The notes below the pieces were generated by a model. The model was not told the DNA's origin. It saw only the letters and a program-made list of their open reading frames with translations, and did no database searches. The position numbers were made by a program, and so were the translations under genes. Below, piece by piece: positions 63,334 through 64,000 of a stretch of 64,000 nt of DNA; position 1 is the first letter of the stretch, and every line of letters begins with the position of its first letter. The DNA is from Mobula hypostoma (lineage: Eukaryota), in assembly GCF_963921235.1 (NCBI RefSeq), contig NC_086108.1, positions 55,430,001 through 55,494,000 of the forward strand. Direction: 5' to 3'.

Positions 63334-63426
63334 GTCCTGAATTAGGGTCTCAGCTTGAAATGTCAGCAGTTTATTCTTTTCTATAGATGCTGCCTGGTCT
63401 GCTAAATTCCTCCAGCATTTTGTGTG
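63334..63426 (+). mobile_element. Solo PLE terminal unit beginning at a degenerate hammerhead
   Basis: GTCCTGAATTAGGGTCTCAGCTTGAAATGTC…ATAGATGCTGCCTG…CTCCAGCATTTTGTGTG. Confidence 0.75.
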
Positions 63427-64000
63427 GATATTTTTGTAGGTCTCTTGACAACTTGCTGTTTACATAACCCAATCATTAATGTCTCTTGCTAGTGCCTTTG
63501 TTGATAGAAGTTAGTTTGGATATTGGTTAGACTACCTTGAGCGGAACACCTGCAAAATATGTGAAAAAATATAATATGGTTCTCAGATATACAAACATGG
63601 AGTTATCTACGAATCATTTAAGTGGATGCAAGTCTAACCCAAAAACATTAATGTTTTAAAAACTTTGAAACAGCATCCACAAAGCTCCTCCCCTTAACTT
63701 TTATCTAAAACTGGCTAAACACTGTGATTTTAATTTACCTAATTATCATAATTGTAGTCTGACAGTGATAAAGCTCACCTAGATGTGCTCCGATCCTGAC
63801 TCAGCTAATGGCTGGTATATGTAACAGAATTGCAAATGAGAAAGGCCATTTTGTCATCTTGCATAAACACCCTACAGTCCACTGACTACTAAAACTATTT
63901 TTCTTGAATACTTCAGTTGTCCATGTCCATTTTACCTGGAAAAGGTATTTCAGGTGTTTGTCATTTTTTTTGGATAAAGAAATTCTTTCTGACACCCATC

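Overview
Eukaryotic (vertebrate) genomic DNA, almost all intronic or intergenic and roughly half to two-thirds transposon-derived (estimated by eye). The repeat set (CR1, Rex1/Babar, L2, L1, Tx1, Penelope, V-SINEs, Gypsy, pogo and hAT remnants) points to a cartilaginous fish, probably a ray; this is an inference. Only one host coding exon is supportable: 41329-41567 (+). It encodes the isoform-specific N-terminus of a long cAMP phosphodiesterase PDE4B3-type protein (…SPKISPRSSPRNSP…RQRRRFTVAHT, phase-2 GT donor) and sits in a ~4.7 kb island almost free of TEs. The most interesting non-coding signal is a set of minimal type I hammerhead ribozyme motifs (stem I–CUGANGA–stem II–GAAAC-GUC–stem I, with a palindromic ACGU in place of helix III) carried by Penelope-like elements of at least three sequence families. 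They occur in three architectures: a young ORF-bearing copy, fold-back copies with inverted arms and target-site duplications, and ~100-140 bp solo units that start right at the ribozyme. There are also multi-level nested insertions with readable TSDs. Nearly all other ORFs in the track are TE fragments or noise. Boundaries of old repeats are approximate, and family names come from motif recognition, not database searches.
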